Part shown: positions 39,116 through 52,242 of the stretch, one piece after another
Numbering within the stretch: the first letter of the stretch is position 1
How the letters are laid out: each line of letters begins with the position of its first letter
Assembly: GCF_006345805.1 (NCBI RefSeq)
Contig: NC_042999.1
Coordinates: 141,670,001-141,734,000, forward strand
Direction: 5' to 3'
DNA: 64,000 bases
From: Octopus sinensis
Lineage: Eukaryota
Translations under genes and position numbers: made by a program
The notes under the pieces: model-generated
Databases searched by the model: none
What the model saw: only the letters and a program-made list of their open reading frames with translations
What the model was told of the DNA's origin: nothing

Positions 39116-40323
39116 CACTGGCCAAAATAAGTTTAAGACTAATGATGACAGTTTTATTCTTCATTAATTTATTTTTAACAAAGCTATATAAAATTTTACT
39201 TTTTACTGTTTATGTAGAATTTTTTTCTCTTTCAAATGATATAGGCATTATATATCTTTATACAATTTGAATAATTTTAATGGGCACTTAATTCAAATGA
39301 TTAAAAGTTGTTGGCAAAATAAATTTAAGACCATACCAACATTATTTTGTTTAAATTGAAAATTTACAGCACAATGGTCAACGAACAAAAATTTGTTGTT
39401 AGTATCTAGTTCCATAGCCATTATTTTCAATTACGGCCTTACAATAGTGGGACATGGAGTTCAACAAATGAGCACAAAAATCACTTGGAATTTTCTGCCA
39501 TATTTCTTCAATAAAATTGTATAATTGGGACAAATTTGTTGGCATTTTTTTAGCATGAACTCTTTCCGAAACGTAATTCCATAAATTTTCTATTGGATTC
39601 AAATCCAGGCTCTGCAGTGGTCACTCAATAACCACCATGTTATTGCGCTCAAAATATTGCAAAACTTTCCTAGCCTTATGAACGGGGCAATTGTCCTGCT
39701 TGAAAATAGACCCCAGTGGTATCTGATATTTAAATATGGCAGCACATTTTCATTTACTAATTGCAAATAGCCTACACTGTTCAGTCTGCCCTCAACTTTA
39801 ACAATTGGACCTAAACTTAAACTGCTGAACGTGACCCCCCCTCCTGCTTGCGTCATTGTTTCGACACACTTAGGTTGGAATTGTTCAGTTAGACAGCGTG
39901 TAACATGGGTCTTTCCATCTAATCCAATGATGCAGAAGCAGGATTCGTCGCTTCAAAGAACTTTTGACCAGTCTTCAGCAGTCCATTTAATGACTTTTAG
40001 CAAACTTGATCTGCTTCTGCTGGTTAATCTCAGAAAATATCAACTTCTTTACAGTGATCCGGCCAAACAGTTCAAATTCTTTTAGGCAGTTTGACAGTTT
40101 GTGGTGTGAAGCTGATGTCAGTTTCATCAGATAATTGCTTGCAAATGTCCACTGCTGTTAGCATTCAGTTATCTTCAGAGAGCCTATGAATTTGCCGATC
40201 CATCTCTACTGTTGTTTTTCTCGGAGTGCCCTTTCTTTGTCGATCTTAGTATTGGCCAGTGGCTATTTTACTGCATCCTAATTGCTTGCTAATTTTTTTT
40301 ACCAAAAATGTCAGTTTTGCCAT
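39116..40323 (-). mobile_element. Tc1 (DD34E) DNA transposon relic, one TIR visible
   Basis: TA + CACTGGCCAAAATAAGTTTAAGAC at 39114-39139. Broken transposase from ATG 40323 (MAKLTFLVKKISKQLGCSK..) to the stop at 39399. Manual translation gives QDNCPVH...SLDLNPIENLW with exactly 34 residues between D and E; W->stop and frameshifts. Confidence 0.9.
39399..40323 (-). pseudogene. Tc1 transposase pseudogene
   Basis: ORF-track pieces 39399-39602 (NPIENLW...CKAVIENNGYGTRY) and 39599-39856 (GGGV..VKVEGRLNSVGYLQLV). Confidence 0.9.
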
Positions 40324-43186
40324 TAAATGTAAGACTGAAATAAGAAACTAACACAAAGCTGCAAGTTAGCTAAATTTGTAGAATATTTAGACTTCAATTT
40401 ATCTCATTTTATGAACTTTCTGACACAAACCTATACTACTTCTTTGGACTCTGTTTTTATTATTATTATTATTATTTTATACTGTATTTAATTTTGTTCT
40501 ATGTTCTGATTCCAAGTAATTACTACAGTTAGTTTCTCATTTCATTCCTCTAGGAACTGTTGAAACAAGTGTTAAGAATATATTGATGTCATTTCAGTTG
40601 GTTGTAATCTTCCTAAAATTTAGTCTTATAAGAAATTATTTTCACCAAGAGCACTGAGTGTGCAAGAACATTAAAGTATGAACCTAACTGGCTTATGATA
40701 TGTAGTCTTGTTTCCTTTATTTTGAGTTCAGATCCCTCTGGATATGATTGTTTTTTTTTTCTTTTTTTTTATCCTACCAGTATCAATGAAACATATATAT
40801 CAGTAATATATGTGGCTCAGCTCAGCTAATTAGGCATAATAATAAAAAGAAAAAAATCCTTATACATATGAATTGGCTGATTTAGTGTTGGACAAAGTGC
40901 TTTGTGGTCTTTAACTGTGGCTTTTTACATTCCTCAGTTCAAAACATGCCAATGTCAATTTTATTTTTTTATCTTTCTAGAGTAAAAAAAAACAAAGTAC
41001 CAGTCAAGTAATGGCATTGTTTTAATCAACTTATACTCCCTTCTAAAATTTCAGGCTTTGTGCCTGTGTTAGAAACTATATTATTTTTATCAAGAAATTA
41101 AAAAAGCAAAAAAAAAGTGGTGGAAGTGATAGAAGAAAAGTATTTAGTGTACACTAGAGACCAAACTTAAATATTACTATTTACTCAAAAGTTAACTTGA
41201 CATTTTACTGCCTGAAAACTACTTGATTGTAAAGTTTGTGGTAGCATTTTAGCCTTTTATAAATGAAACTAAACTAGACTTCTGATGGGTACAACTTGTT
41301 AACCACTCCCCTCTCTTGTATGCGTACATGCACACATACATACACACACAACTAAGCATATAAAACTTCAAAATTTTTAAACTTTAGCTGAATCATGTTT
41401 AGCTTTACTTCATTAAATACATAAATGTATTAGAAAAAAATATGCTAATGATTATAGCAGTTGTTTTCTTTTTAATTATTTTAAGACTTTGTTATACTCC
41501 ATCATCCATACTCAGCAGTGTCTCTTTAGTTCAGTGTTTTATCCAAAGTAATTTTGAGTTGAGATTTGGGATATACAGTTGCATAAATCAGCTTTACTAT
41601 TAAGTCAGTAGTATTTGTGACTCCTCCTTCTTTTATAATTTAAAAAGCAAAACACAAACTAATAATTAAATTTAAGTATTTGTGGAGGTGAGGTTTTTCT
41701 GTAAGTCATTTTGGCATACTGCCACAAGAGTTTGTCCTCATGCGGTGTTATGTAGGGCAACTAGATAGGGGTAGCTGTATTCTATTGTTAACAGGATATG
41801 AACAGCCAAATTTTTCAGTTTGTAATCTGTTTCTTTACTCAGTTTCAACTTTCAATAAAAATAACATTCTGTGTTGAAAAACAAAAAAATTCCTGAAAGC
41901 ATTATAGTTTTACTTGTAATGGCAATTTCTTAAATGTAGAGCAATATCTGTATGAAGATAACAATATAATGTATATTATGTAATTTTGTTCTTCATAAGA
42001 ACAACTTAAATCAATGAAGATTAATCTCAAGTTTACACTTTTTCCAATTGTCATTAGCTACCATCATACAATGTGAATATCAACTCATAAAGGCCCAAAC
42101 AGTCAACATCAAAATTTCATGTTTAATATAGTTATTTACATATCTTTACATTATTTTATGTCAAGAGATGTAAATAACTCAGGTAGCTCATAGGCCTTAT
42201 ACAGTGTTTTGCTGCCTACTTTTCCATGCTTACATGTGTCAAACGAAAGTTGGAGTTGATGATTTTCTATGGCAAGATGCAGTTTGTGTCATCAACCCTC
42301 ACCTGTTTCCCCAGTCCTTCAAGTATGAACAGCACAATGGTTGTATACATGTTCATATAAATGCCACAGCTTGAATGACAGTAATGTTTGTTTACATTTA
42401 ATGTATGTCAAGACAAGGAGACCCACACTCACACATATAAATTTTTATACACACATGTGATTAGTTTCTTTGCACCGAAGATACTTACCCAAGGTGCCAT
42501 GCTGTGGGACTGAGCCTGAAACCACTTTTGTAAAATGAACTTCTTGACCACACAACTATGCCTGTACCTACATTAGAAATCATTTTCATTTATCTATTTA
42601 TTTTTTGAAAGATTGGAAGAATTTATGCTCTTGAGTAAAACTTTATTATTCATTTCTCTCTTGTTTTGATTTGATTAGATAGATTGTAAAATCTTTTATC
42701 AAATATCATTGGTGATAAAATAGCCATTTTTTACAGATCATTTTACAAGAAACTCTATTTGTAATTTTCTTTATGACCAATGTGCTTGAAAAATTAAATT
42801 TACTGTTTAATTTAGGAGTAATTGCTAATTAGGTTTACATTTTTAAACAAAGCGAAATATGTAACTATAATGTCTGCATGCATGAAGAGAATAATGCAGT
42901 AACCAGAAACATCAATGAGAAGATTTGAGTCCCACTGGGTACATTTGTTAATTTAGCTCCCTTGTGTATTGATATTGTTGTCATCAAAAGCAGTGAATGA
43001 CAGACAACTGACTGAAAGACAAACTGCCTTGTGGTGTTTAGTTACTTTCTTTTCATATTCAAATCCTTCCAAGATTGACTACCTTTTATCTTAAGATCAG
43101 TTTAGTACCAGTCAAGTAAATAGTTGGTTTTATTACCTATACCTCTCCTTAAGTTTGTAGTCATGTTCTGTGTAGGAATTTATTAT

Positions 43187-43385
43187 AAGGTGGCAAGCTG
43201 GCAGAATGGACAAATTGCTTACTAGCATTCTGTCCATTTTTACATTCTGTGTTCAAATTCCATCAAGGTTAAATTGCCTTTTATTTTCTCAGGGTTAACG
43301 GAATAAGTACCAGTGGGGTCAAGGTAGTCAACTAGCTATTCCCCACTCCCAGAGAAGATTTTGGGCCTTATACCTATTGTAGAGG
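43187..43385 (+). mobile_element. Second SINE family, decayed
   Basis: AAGGTGGCAAGCTGGCAGAA..GTTCAAATTCC..AATAAGTACCAG..GGGCCTTATACCTA. Confidence 0.75.
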
Positions 43386-43900
43386 GGATTATTATTGAAT
43401 GAGAGAGTAGCGCATGCCATCAAAATGACACTGGGGTACAAATATACACAGCCCAATATACCCATCATAACTACCCCTATGATAAGGGTACACCATGCAA
43501 TTCCATTACAGCCATATGTGTACAACATAGTGATTTCATATCAAGATAAATAGCACATAACCTTGCAGGTGAGGCCCAGTCAGAGTTTTCTTTAGGTCGA
43601 GTAGCCCATCCTGCTCAAAAGGTCCCTGAATAAGGTTTCTTTAAGGATGATGAATGAAACCTACCAAAGAATTCATTTCAAAACATGGCTATGATGCTCA
43701 CCCACTATTTCTGCTCGTGATCAAGGATGCACATATTGTCAGCCACTAAGGGACATACTTAACTGGTTGTGGTCAAGCAACTGACAAGCAAATCTGTAGT
43801 ATTGAACAGAATGTTTGCTGTAGACCATTTTTTTAAAAACTAAGACAAAAAAACATGTACATGATAGCACTTCCAATCACTTAAGATTAAAAGCCATAAG

Positions 43901-43985
43901 AGCCATTGTCTGGTACTGCACCAGGGCACAACCACTGTCTGGTACAGCATCAGAGCATAGCCACTGCCTAAATACTAAAGAAAAT
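43901..43985. repeat. ~29-bp minisatellite, 2-3 diverged units
   Basis: AGCCATTGTCTGGTACTGCACCAGGGCAC / AACCACTGTCTGGTACAGCATCAGAGCAT / AGCCACTGCCTAAATAC. Confidence 0.7.
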
Positions 43986-46900
43986 ACTGTCTAGTAGTTA
44001 CCCCTGTGTTCCAAATTCAAATCTTGCAATAATTGACTTTCCTAATTCTTGGGTCAATAAAATATGTTCCAATCAAGTACTAGAGTTGATTTAATCAACT
44101 ATTCTCTCTCACAAAATTTGTGGCTTTGTGTCATTAGTGACATATTATCACTGTTAACTATAATATTAATAAATAATTTTTGCATTCGTGTCATCTTCCC
44201 AGGTCAGTTATTTTTTGAAAAGTAAATATTTTTTATGGTTTCATCAGAGGAAGAAGGATGACACCTGTTATCCTTTCCTATGACCAGTGGGATTAATGAA
44301 GTTATCATTTGACCAGAGACCTAGCCCAAATTCTTACAATGTAGTAGACTCTGTTAAAGATACCTAATAGTCAAATGGTGGTGTCAAACCAACAGGCATC
44401 ATCACAGTTTCTATCTGCTAAATTTCTCTCCCAAACATTTGGTAAAAAACACCTACCCAAGATTTAGCTCAGCAGGATCAAACCTGAAAACATAGTTACA
44501 TAGCTGATATATATACTAATATTTATAAAAGATCTTTGGATTAATTTGTTCTCTAATTTTTCATGTCTTTCAGTATCATTTATTTACTACACTTATATCT
44601 GTATAAGTAAGAAGAAAAGTTTTTTGTTCTGGAATCTGAAGATATTCAACCATAAGAGGCATCAAAAAGTTTTAACAAATCTCATATCAGCCTATCATTC
44701 AAAATCAAACTATTCCTTTCTAAACAAATCTTACTGATTCAAACTTTTTATAATAACAAACACTTGAATGGATTCTTATAATTTGAGAAACAAAGAAAGA
44801 TAGTGAAAGGAAATTGAGTCTCAAACTAATTGGAAACTGACAAGTTGTTTATAAGAAAAGATTTACAGATTTGACATAAGAACTGGATTTCTAAAAGATG
44901 ACACTAACTCTTTAGTTTGAGTGGTTTCTAGGAATTCATGAAAATTAATTTTGAGTACTCCTCTTAACTCAGACTAATCATTAAAGTATCGTTTTGGGTT
45001 TGAGGATGTAAACTCATACTGTAAGCTAATGAAGTCCTTGTGCTTTACCACAACTACTAAGATTAACTTTTTATATATAAATTAGCCTGAGGAAGACAGA
45101 TCAGTGTCCCTGATGTGGCTAATGTTCAGCTTGAATATCCTAAATCTGTAATGTGGTATTTAATTATAGTGGGGTGAACTACACTAGCAAATGTTTTAAC
45201 TAGCACAGAATCTGATTAATGACATGGAAACCTTTGCTAATAAAGCAGTAACCTGATAAATCCAACTGGAGTTATCAAGTATTACTTGGTTTCAGTGAAA
45301 TTAAATCTCAATTTAATTTTATTTATAATTTTTATAGGCTGTTGATTAATTTTTTTATAATATGAGCTGTACTTGTTGAAAATCCATAGCCCATTTTTGT
45401 GGTACAATGTCAGCCATAAGCATATCTTCTGTTGGAAATTATCCTGTCATTTCCTTCATAATATTGTGATGAACTTATTTTTTTATACTTATAAATACAA
45501 CATTGATTTAGTAAGTATATTACCATAGTTTGATAATAACTGAAAATAAGATTTGAGCTGTATGTGTTACACTTGACAAAAAAGAGATTTCTATCTAACA
45601 CTGTGCCTTTAAATACTTTTTTTTTCGTGCATTACAGGCTAAAATATATAAACACATGAATACTTACCACAACAAACTACAAAACATGCATACACACACA
45701 AAAAAAGAACTTGGATATAATAATAGTGATGGTGCAAGCAACAGCAGTGATATTGGTGTTGATAATGAAGGAGGGAAAAAGAAAAACTAAAAATGCAGTT
45801 ATATCATTACAGCCTCTTGCTTCTTATAATCTCTGTCTCTCTCTCTCTATTTACCATTATCAACACCAATGTTATTGCTACTCTCTCTACCACTACTTAT
45901 ATATTTTCTTGTTCTTCCCTTAGCATTACACACATTTTACAAAGATAGGATCAAGGTTATTAATATTTACACTTCCCATTTGCAACCAATTTGACACTTT
46001 TGACAGTCAAACTTTCGCTTAAGCCTGTGAGAGAATCTTTACACAGTCACTCAACTAGGTTGAAATATCAAGCAAGTCTTCTTAAATCTCATCCTACCTT
46101 CTTAAAGGAATATGCATTCAATAATGTAGTTCTTGATACTCTGTCTGAAGAAAATGCAGGATGGTCACAAGTGGGATGTCTTTGATTATAATTTTACTTA
46201 TTTTACTTTAAGGGAACAGCTTTTTTTTTTTTAAATTTTGTAAGATGTTAATGAAGTTTTTGGAAGAGTGCCTTTTTTCAGGAATATGGTCATTGAGCTG
46301 GTGTTCAAAATCTTGACCGAACCTATTACAGATAACAAAGATTAATCAGTACTCCTTCAAATTTTGAGTAGCAAATGAATTATCAGTTTTTAATTTCAAA
46401 ACTCACATAGTGCCTTTTCCATGTTAAAATTGAACTAGTGATTTGCTTCTTTTTTTTTTTTTAATTCAATGTAAACTGGTATCTGAATAAATCTGCAGAT
46501 ATTTAATGTCTACCAGTTGTTTCATTAGTTGAACTCTTGAATATATTAATATAATATACTGGATTTATTAAATACATTTTGATGTCAAATACTCATAATA
46601 AACAGCCGTCGTGTGTATATTCCCAGATATGTCTTAACATAGCAACATGTTTTGAATTAGCTTTAAAATAACTGATATATACATGTCTGTATCTCTGTGC
46701 AGACATATCTATGCTTACATATGTTTATGTCTTTGTGCCTCCATGTGTGTTTCAAATTAATTTCTAGTATTTTCTTTTTTTCTTTCATTCTCTCACTCTG
46801 ATTCTTTGGGTTTTCCATCCACCTTCTCCACCTTCCATCTAAACTGTCTTGCATTTTAATCTTGTCATTAAGAAACCTCAGTAGTGATGAAAATACGAAA

Positions 46901-48806
46901 TATACAAGATTTATTCAGAGAAACTTTTTTGTCATTTGCTTTTTAACATTTGCTACCCAGATTTATCTCTCTAATTGGTTTAATTTTCTTCTCTGCATGC
47001 TTTTTGAGTAAGTTTGTGGTAAAGTGTTAAAATTTTCTAAATCTTGTAATATTTTTTTTCTTAAAACTGGAATAAAATAATACTTCACTTAGTATCTGAT
47101 TAACAACACTTGTCTGCTCAAAGTTGGTCCTTATTGAACAGACTATGATCAAAGGCATCACAGCCATGATTGTCCTATATTTTTCTCTGCCACTGAACTT
47201 TAGATTACATTATCCGTTGACTTTTTTCTTTTACTCCTCTCTAAAACAGTTGGTATAATTTGAGGAACTGCTATTTCTAGCAGGTCTAATGGCACATAGA
47301 GACTGAGATATAGCGACTTTCTTGTCTAACTATAGCTGTGGCACCATTCCTGCTAAGTTAATTTTTAGCCACTTTTATCTTCTCTTGTACATATCCTAAT
47401 TTATTAAAGTCACTCTAAGTTGTTTCAGCCATAGTAAACAGCTTACAAATTCTGATGACAAATCTTTAACAAAAAGATAAGATAAAAACTATTTTGTTTA
47501 CTTTAATGAACAACAAGCCTTTAAGAATTCAAGCTTAGATGTATTTGTTTATGAGAAGCTAGAAAGAAAGTGACATGGTGTTCCTATTTTTAGGCTTGAT
47601 TCCCAGTTAAAATTACTTCATTTTTACTTTTAAAACCCAGGGGAAAGCATGTCACACAATTTAATTTTCTATAAATCTTTATAAATTCAAGACCATATGT
47701 GCATTTGTGAGAAACCAATTTAAGTAAAATTTAGCAAAATTAATTACAGAGTTTTATATACCCATAACTGTTAAGAGATTTAATCAAATGCCTCATTGTA
47801 TTAAGTTGTCATCTCATTACAGAGGCACTATTAAAATGTACTCACGTTAATATTTCTTGTAGTTCTCTTCAGAGCTTCCATTTTCTAGTAATTAGAAGAG
47901 TAAAGAAGTTAAAGCAGCAGGAAAATTGCAGATAATATAATTATCATTTTAAATGTGTAATAATTATTGATCCAGAAAGGATGGGCAATATTCATAATGC
48001 AGCCATTTAGTGGTAAAATGTCTTTTAGAATTGAATAAGAATATAAACTTTCAGGTGCAGATTGATGTAATAGATATTAAGAAAGGTTACTGAAGGTAGT
48101 GTTGATTTGTTTTACACAATGTGTCCTTTTTCTCAGAAATAATTCACCTGTAAGCAATCAAAAAATAAAAATCTTCACTTACCTAATTTTCTGCCAAATT
48201 TTTTTAAAGCTACTCTTTAGATTTGCCATTGTAAGTAATTTTCAGTTGATTATTTGCTCAAACAAGGTCATGATGGACTTGGCCAATACTTCTCAGAGTG
48301 TACTGGCCAAGAAGGGGTGGAAATTTTTATAAAGCAGGTGGTGCTGGGAAAGAGATACATCTTTTAACTATCCTAATTTTCAAAAATATTTTCAATTTTT
48401 AATGCGTGTGAATCATTTGATAACATCATAAGTGGTTGAAATGTTTTGACTTTACATGTTATATGCAAGTGATCTTTTAATGGCAAATCAGTCAGCAACA
48501 ATTTAGTTGTGATTGCATTGTAGTATAGGGACATTGTAAAAGTGTTAGTAAGAGAAAAAGCGGCTATAGTTACAAAAACAGTTTTAGATGCACTGGACTA
48601 GGCCAACATTCAATTGTTGCTGATGTTAAAAATATGATATAAATCTGTTATAGCCACCTACAAACTTATAACAGTTGATGCTTTCATAACTTGAAGAGGA
48701 TGTAAGAGAAATTTCTCCCTGTGGTAGAATATCAAGATATCATTATCTAATATCCCCAGGTCTTAAATGTTATTACGGACATTCATAGAATTGTATACAT
48801 GACCTA

Positions 48807-49781
48807 CAGGGTGTGGTGACTAAATTGTCGTCAAAATTATACAAAACTGAAAAATAACACTGACATCTCAATTTAACAGACATTTTTACCAAAATTACGT
48901 AAAATTATCTTGAAATACTAAAGAGTAAGTTTATTCAATAAAATCGCCATTGGCTTCAACCACAGCCTCCAGACAACTTTGGAATCTCCTGCAACTTTTC
49001 TGGACGGTATCCTTGTTTAAGTTGGTGAATGCTGCCATAATCCTTGCCTTTAGTTCATCTTTGGGTGTTACAAGGAGTTTTGCTGGTCTCTCCCTCAACT
49101 GTACCCCACACATAATAATCAAGGGGGTTGCAGTGTGGGGAGTTAGATGGCTAGAATTTAGGAGTGTTGCGGTAGCAGAAATTGTCTGACAGCCATGACT
49201 GGGTTGTTTTGCCTGTGTCGCATGGTGCAGAATCCTTGAGTTAGTTCAAAAGCTTTGTAGCATGTTCTTTCCTCTTGTCTTTGATAGCTTGGGACAAAAA
49301 TTGGCCCTTTCTCATCTTGTATGAGGAAAATTGAATGTCTTCATGCACTACCTGTCTGATAAGAAGCTCAGACACTCCCATGTCTGGCAATGGACCTGAC
49401 TGACTTGCTGGGATCATTGTCAATTATGGTCTGGATCTCACCAGCCATTTCAAGAGTTCTTATCAGAATGACCAGAGTGAGTTTTCCAAGCTGCTGTACC
49501 TTTGTAATCACCATTAGACTCCTCCAACTCTTTCCGAATCCTCTGCACTGTCCTCAGATTGACACCCAAACACTCTGAAATGTTCATATTGGCACTTCTG
49601 GTGTGAATGCTAAGCAGTACAGCATATTGTTTCAAATTTCTGGCAGAGTGAATTGCGTCATGGTGCTGTTTTTCTCACAGATGTGCCCAACTGACCCTAT
49701 TATACTGTGTAGTTGACAAAATCAAAAATAATGCGCAAAATTAAAAATATAAAGTGGCAACAATTTACCCATTGCACTCTG
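48807..49781 (-). mobile_element. maT/mariner (DD37D) element, internally deleted, both TIRs and TA target sites present
   Basis: TA|CAGGGTGTGGTGACTAAATTGTCG ... CAACAATTTACCCATTGCACTCTG|TA. Translation gives an HTH-like N-terminus (CLGVNLRTVQRIRKEL) and KDSAPC...NSPHCNPLDYYVWG with 37 residues between the two D; the region with the first catalytic D is deleted near 49240. Confidence 0.9.
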
Positions 49782-50675
49782 TATACTGCTGCTGTGAAAA
49801 CTGGACTATCTCTAGATTTTATAGATTGCTCATCCCTTTCCATAGTCAGTCAGCCATTTTACTTCCCAGTTTGGTTGGCCAAAAAACTTATTGTGTAATT
49901 AATCCTTACTTATTCCAAGGGACTACTATTTTTAAGCACCTTGTAAGTATTTATTCAATTAAAGTCCATCCATACTGTGGCAAATCTGACTTTTTATTCT
50001 GTAAGACGTCCAAGTTGCCTTTCAAGCCAGTGGTGAATGAAATAGATTAATTTTGTTGTTTTCATTTCTGCATCTAGTGAAATGGTCCTCTTGTGGTATT
50101 AGGACTATTTTATATTCACAGCTGAATTCTTCGCCAAAAGATTGTTACTACTGATGTTTACTGATCTGGATCTAGCTATCTCCCCTCATCTCTCCTTTCA
50201 GAGATTTTTGGAATTACCTTATCTATATTAAGATAGCATTGAAATGATGCCAAATATACTGTTTGTTGGTTTCTTTTTCTGTTAGACAACTGCCAAAGAC
50301 ATTCTAATACAGCCATCAGATATGAGAAGATAGTGATAATCCTGACTTATTTTTGAAGCACATGTTTCAGAATCTGAATAAACTTTATATTTCCCAAATC
50401 AAGTTCTTATATGAGAATTTTGTTATAAATTTTAAACAATTTTAGTAGTATTTCCTTTGTCACTAATGTATCAAAATTGCATAACCATTACTGAATCAGA
50501 TTTGATAGACTTAGTGGGTGACAGTCTCAAATATTCTATTAATAAATAGACTAATGTCTTCTGTTTTAATTCTTAACATATATGTGGAATATAAAGAGTG
50601 GGGGATGGATTTATTAATAAAACTAAAATATTTGATACCTATCCTAATGAATTGGGGAGAAAAAAAGCAATTAAT

Positions 50676-50896
50676 TTAACCCGTTTGATATCAACCTGCC
50701 TGAAACCACCCTTAGCTCTGACACAAATTCACTGTTTTAAATTGATCTAAATGAAAACCTTCCATCAAAATTTCATGTTAATTTATATTCCAAACACCAG
50801 CTTAATAGTGACAAATTTATTTTAATAAATTCTTAATTATTTTCAAAAATAAAGCAAAGACCATGTATTTTAACAGCAATATAATAAAAATATTAA
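50676..50896 (+). mobile_element. TTAA-bounded (piggyBac-like) MITE
   Basis: TTAACCCGTTTGATATCAACCTGCC...; collinear with 23354-23557; ends at TTAA 50893-50896. Confidence 0.65.
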
Positions 50897-51155
50897 ATCA
50901 CATTTTCCCCTTTTGAGATTTAATTTTTTGTTAGAATGGATTGAATTGTGTTGCTAATGTCTTTGGGGAAATTGTGAGCACTTCACTTTTCCATATCCAC
51001 TACCATCTAAACCTGAATTGCTATGCCCACAGAAAGAAAGAATTATTTTTCGCTATTCTGGAGTTTTTTAGTAAAGATAATATTCCACACTCAGAAATAT
51101 TTTGTTCCAATTTCACTGCACATTGTTTTTTTGGGTTTTTTTCAATTATCTGTAG

Positions 51156-51365
51156 AAGGTACGTGGCTTAGTGGTTAGGGCATTCGACTTACAATTGTAA
51201 GGTCATGAGTTCAATTCCTGGCGATACGTTATGTCCTTGAGCAAGACACTTTATTTCATGTTGCTCCAGTCCACTCAGCTGGCAAAAATGAGTTGTCTGT
51301 ATTTCAAAGGGCCAGCCTTGTCACACTCTGTGTCACACTGAATCTCTGTGAGAACTTCATAAGTG
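51156..51365 (+). mobile_element. tRNA-derived SINE (third family)
   Basis: A-box-like GTGGCTTAGTGG and B-box-like GAGTTCAATTCC, then GTCCTTGAGCAAGACACTTTATTTC. Confidence 0.85.
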
Positions 51366-51374
51366 ACATATTTA

Positions 51375-51560
51375 TTTTTATGTTGGCATTGGTTGGACAT
51401 TTTAACAAGATCCAATGAGTCAGAGGACCACATCTTGCTCCAGTGTTTCAGTTTTGACATAGCTTGTATGGTTGGATACCCTTCCTAACATGAACCACTT
51501 TACAGATTGTACTTCCTGGCACCAGCACTAGTGAGGTTAGCTTGTAACATGCAAAACTAA
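51375..51560 (-). mobile_element. RTE-tail-type repeat, decayed
   Basis: GTTGGCATTGGTTGGAC..GATACCCTTCCTAAC..ACCACTTTACAGA. Confidence 0.6.
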
Positions 51561-52205
51561 AGATCTCTTTAGACTGAGAAGAGTGATAGGAAATAGAGTA
51601 GCTGCTTTAAACAAGATGTTGAAATGCTAACGCATGATGGGAGGAACAGCTACCAGTTCCTTCTTGTGGAGGAGATTCATAGCTACTTAGTAATTTACAT
51701 AAGTGAATGGGAATGGCTAGAGTAGTATGCCAAAGTGAGACATGGTGGTAATGAGGTACCAGAATGTATATATGGGATGAATGGTGAACAGGCATAGTAA
51801 ATATGAGTGGCTGATGACAAGAATAAGGGATGGTTGTCTATTAAGAATAGCAGAGAGGAGAGATAATGGTACTGGCAATATGGTATGTAATTTTAATTCA
51901 AGAATCTATTTCACAACCTTTTTCTAGCATATCTTATTGGAATATACTTCTCAGTTAATTCCTTATAATAAATCAACCAATGTTTTAAGGCACTGGAAAT
52001 GTTTTTTAAAGAAAAACAATCATTTATACATCAATATAGTAATTTAGTCATTATTTGAATGTATTAGTTTTTATAACCTATTATTTGTGCTAAACATTGT
52101 TATAACAAATCAATTTGTTTTTGTTTCGTTTTTTCCCCCCATTACTATTAAGTTTTCTGAAAAGAAATTTATGTTAATAATTTTTTTTCTTTTTCAATAT
52201 TTCAG

Positions 52206-52242
52206 GTAAGTACTGGAAGCATTTCTCTTAACAATGGAGTTG
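52206..52242 (+). other. Candidate 37-nt host-gene exon (possible start-codon exon and/or recursive-splicing exon)
   Basis: Branch-like TTAAT 52174-52178, polypyrimidine tract 52181-52194, CAG 52203-52205, donor TTG|GTAAGA 52243-52248. Contains ACAATGG (ATG 52234-52236, in frame with an upstream TAA at 52207) encoding M-E-L; frame 0 is also open (VSTGSISLNNGV). Confidence 0.6.

Larger units (their letters stand above)
4800..52205 (+). other. Probable giant intron (methylated gene body) of an unidentified host gene
   Basis: No credible coding exon; CpG-depleted and TE-laden; ends in a strong + strand 3' splice site at 52181-52205. The strand is inferred. Small exons could have been missed. 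Confidence 0.4.

Noticed and set aside
51151-51164. 3-nt micro-exon TAG|AAG|GTACGT
   Set aside because: It coincides with the first bases of a SINE, so it is most likely an insertion-junction coincidence.
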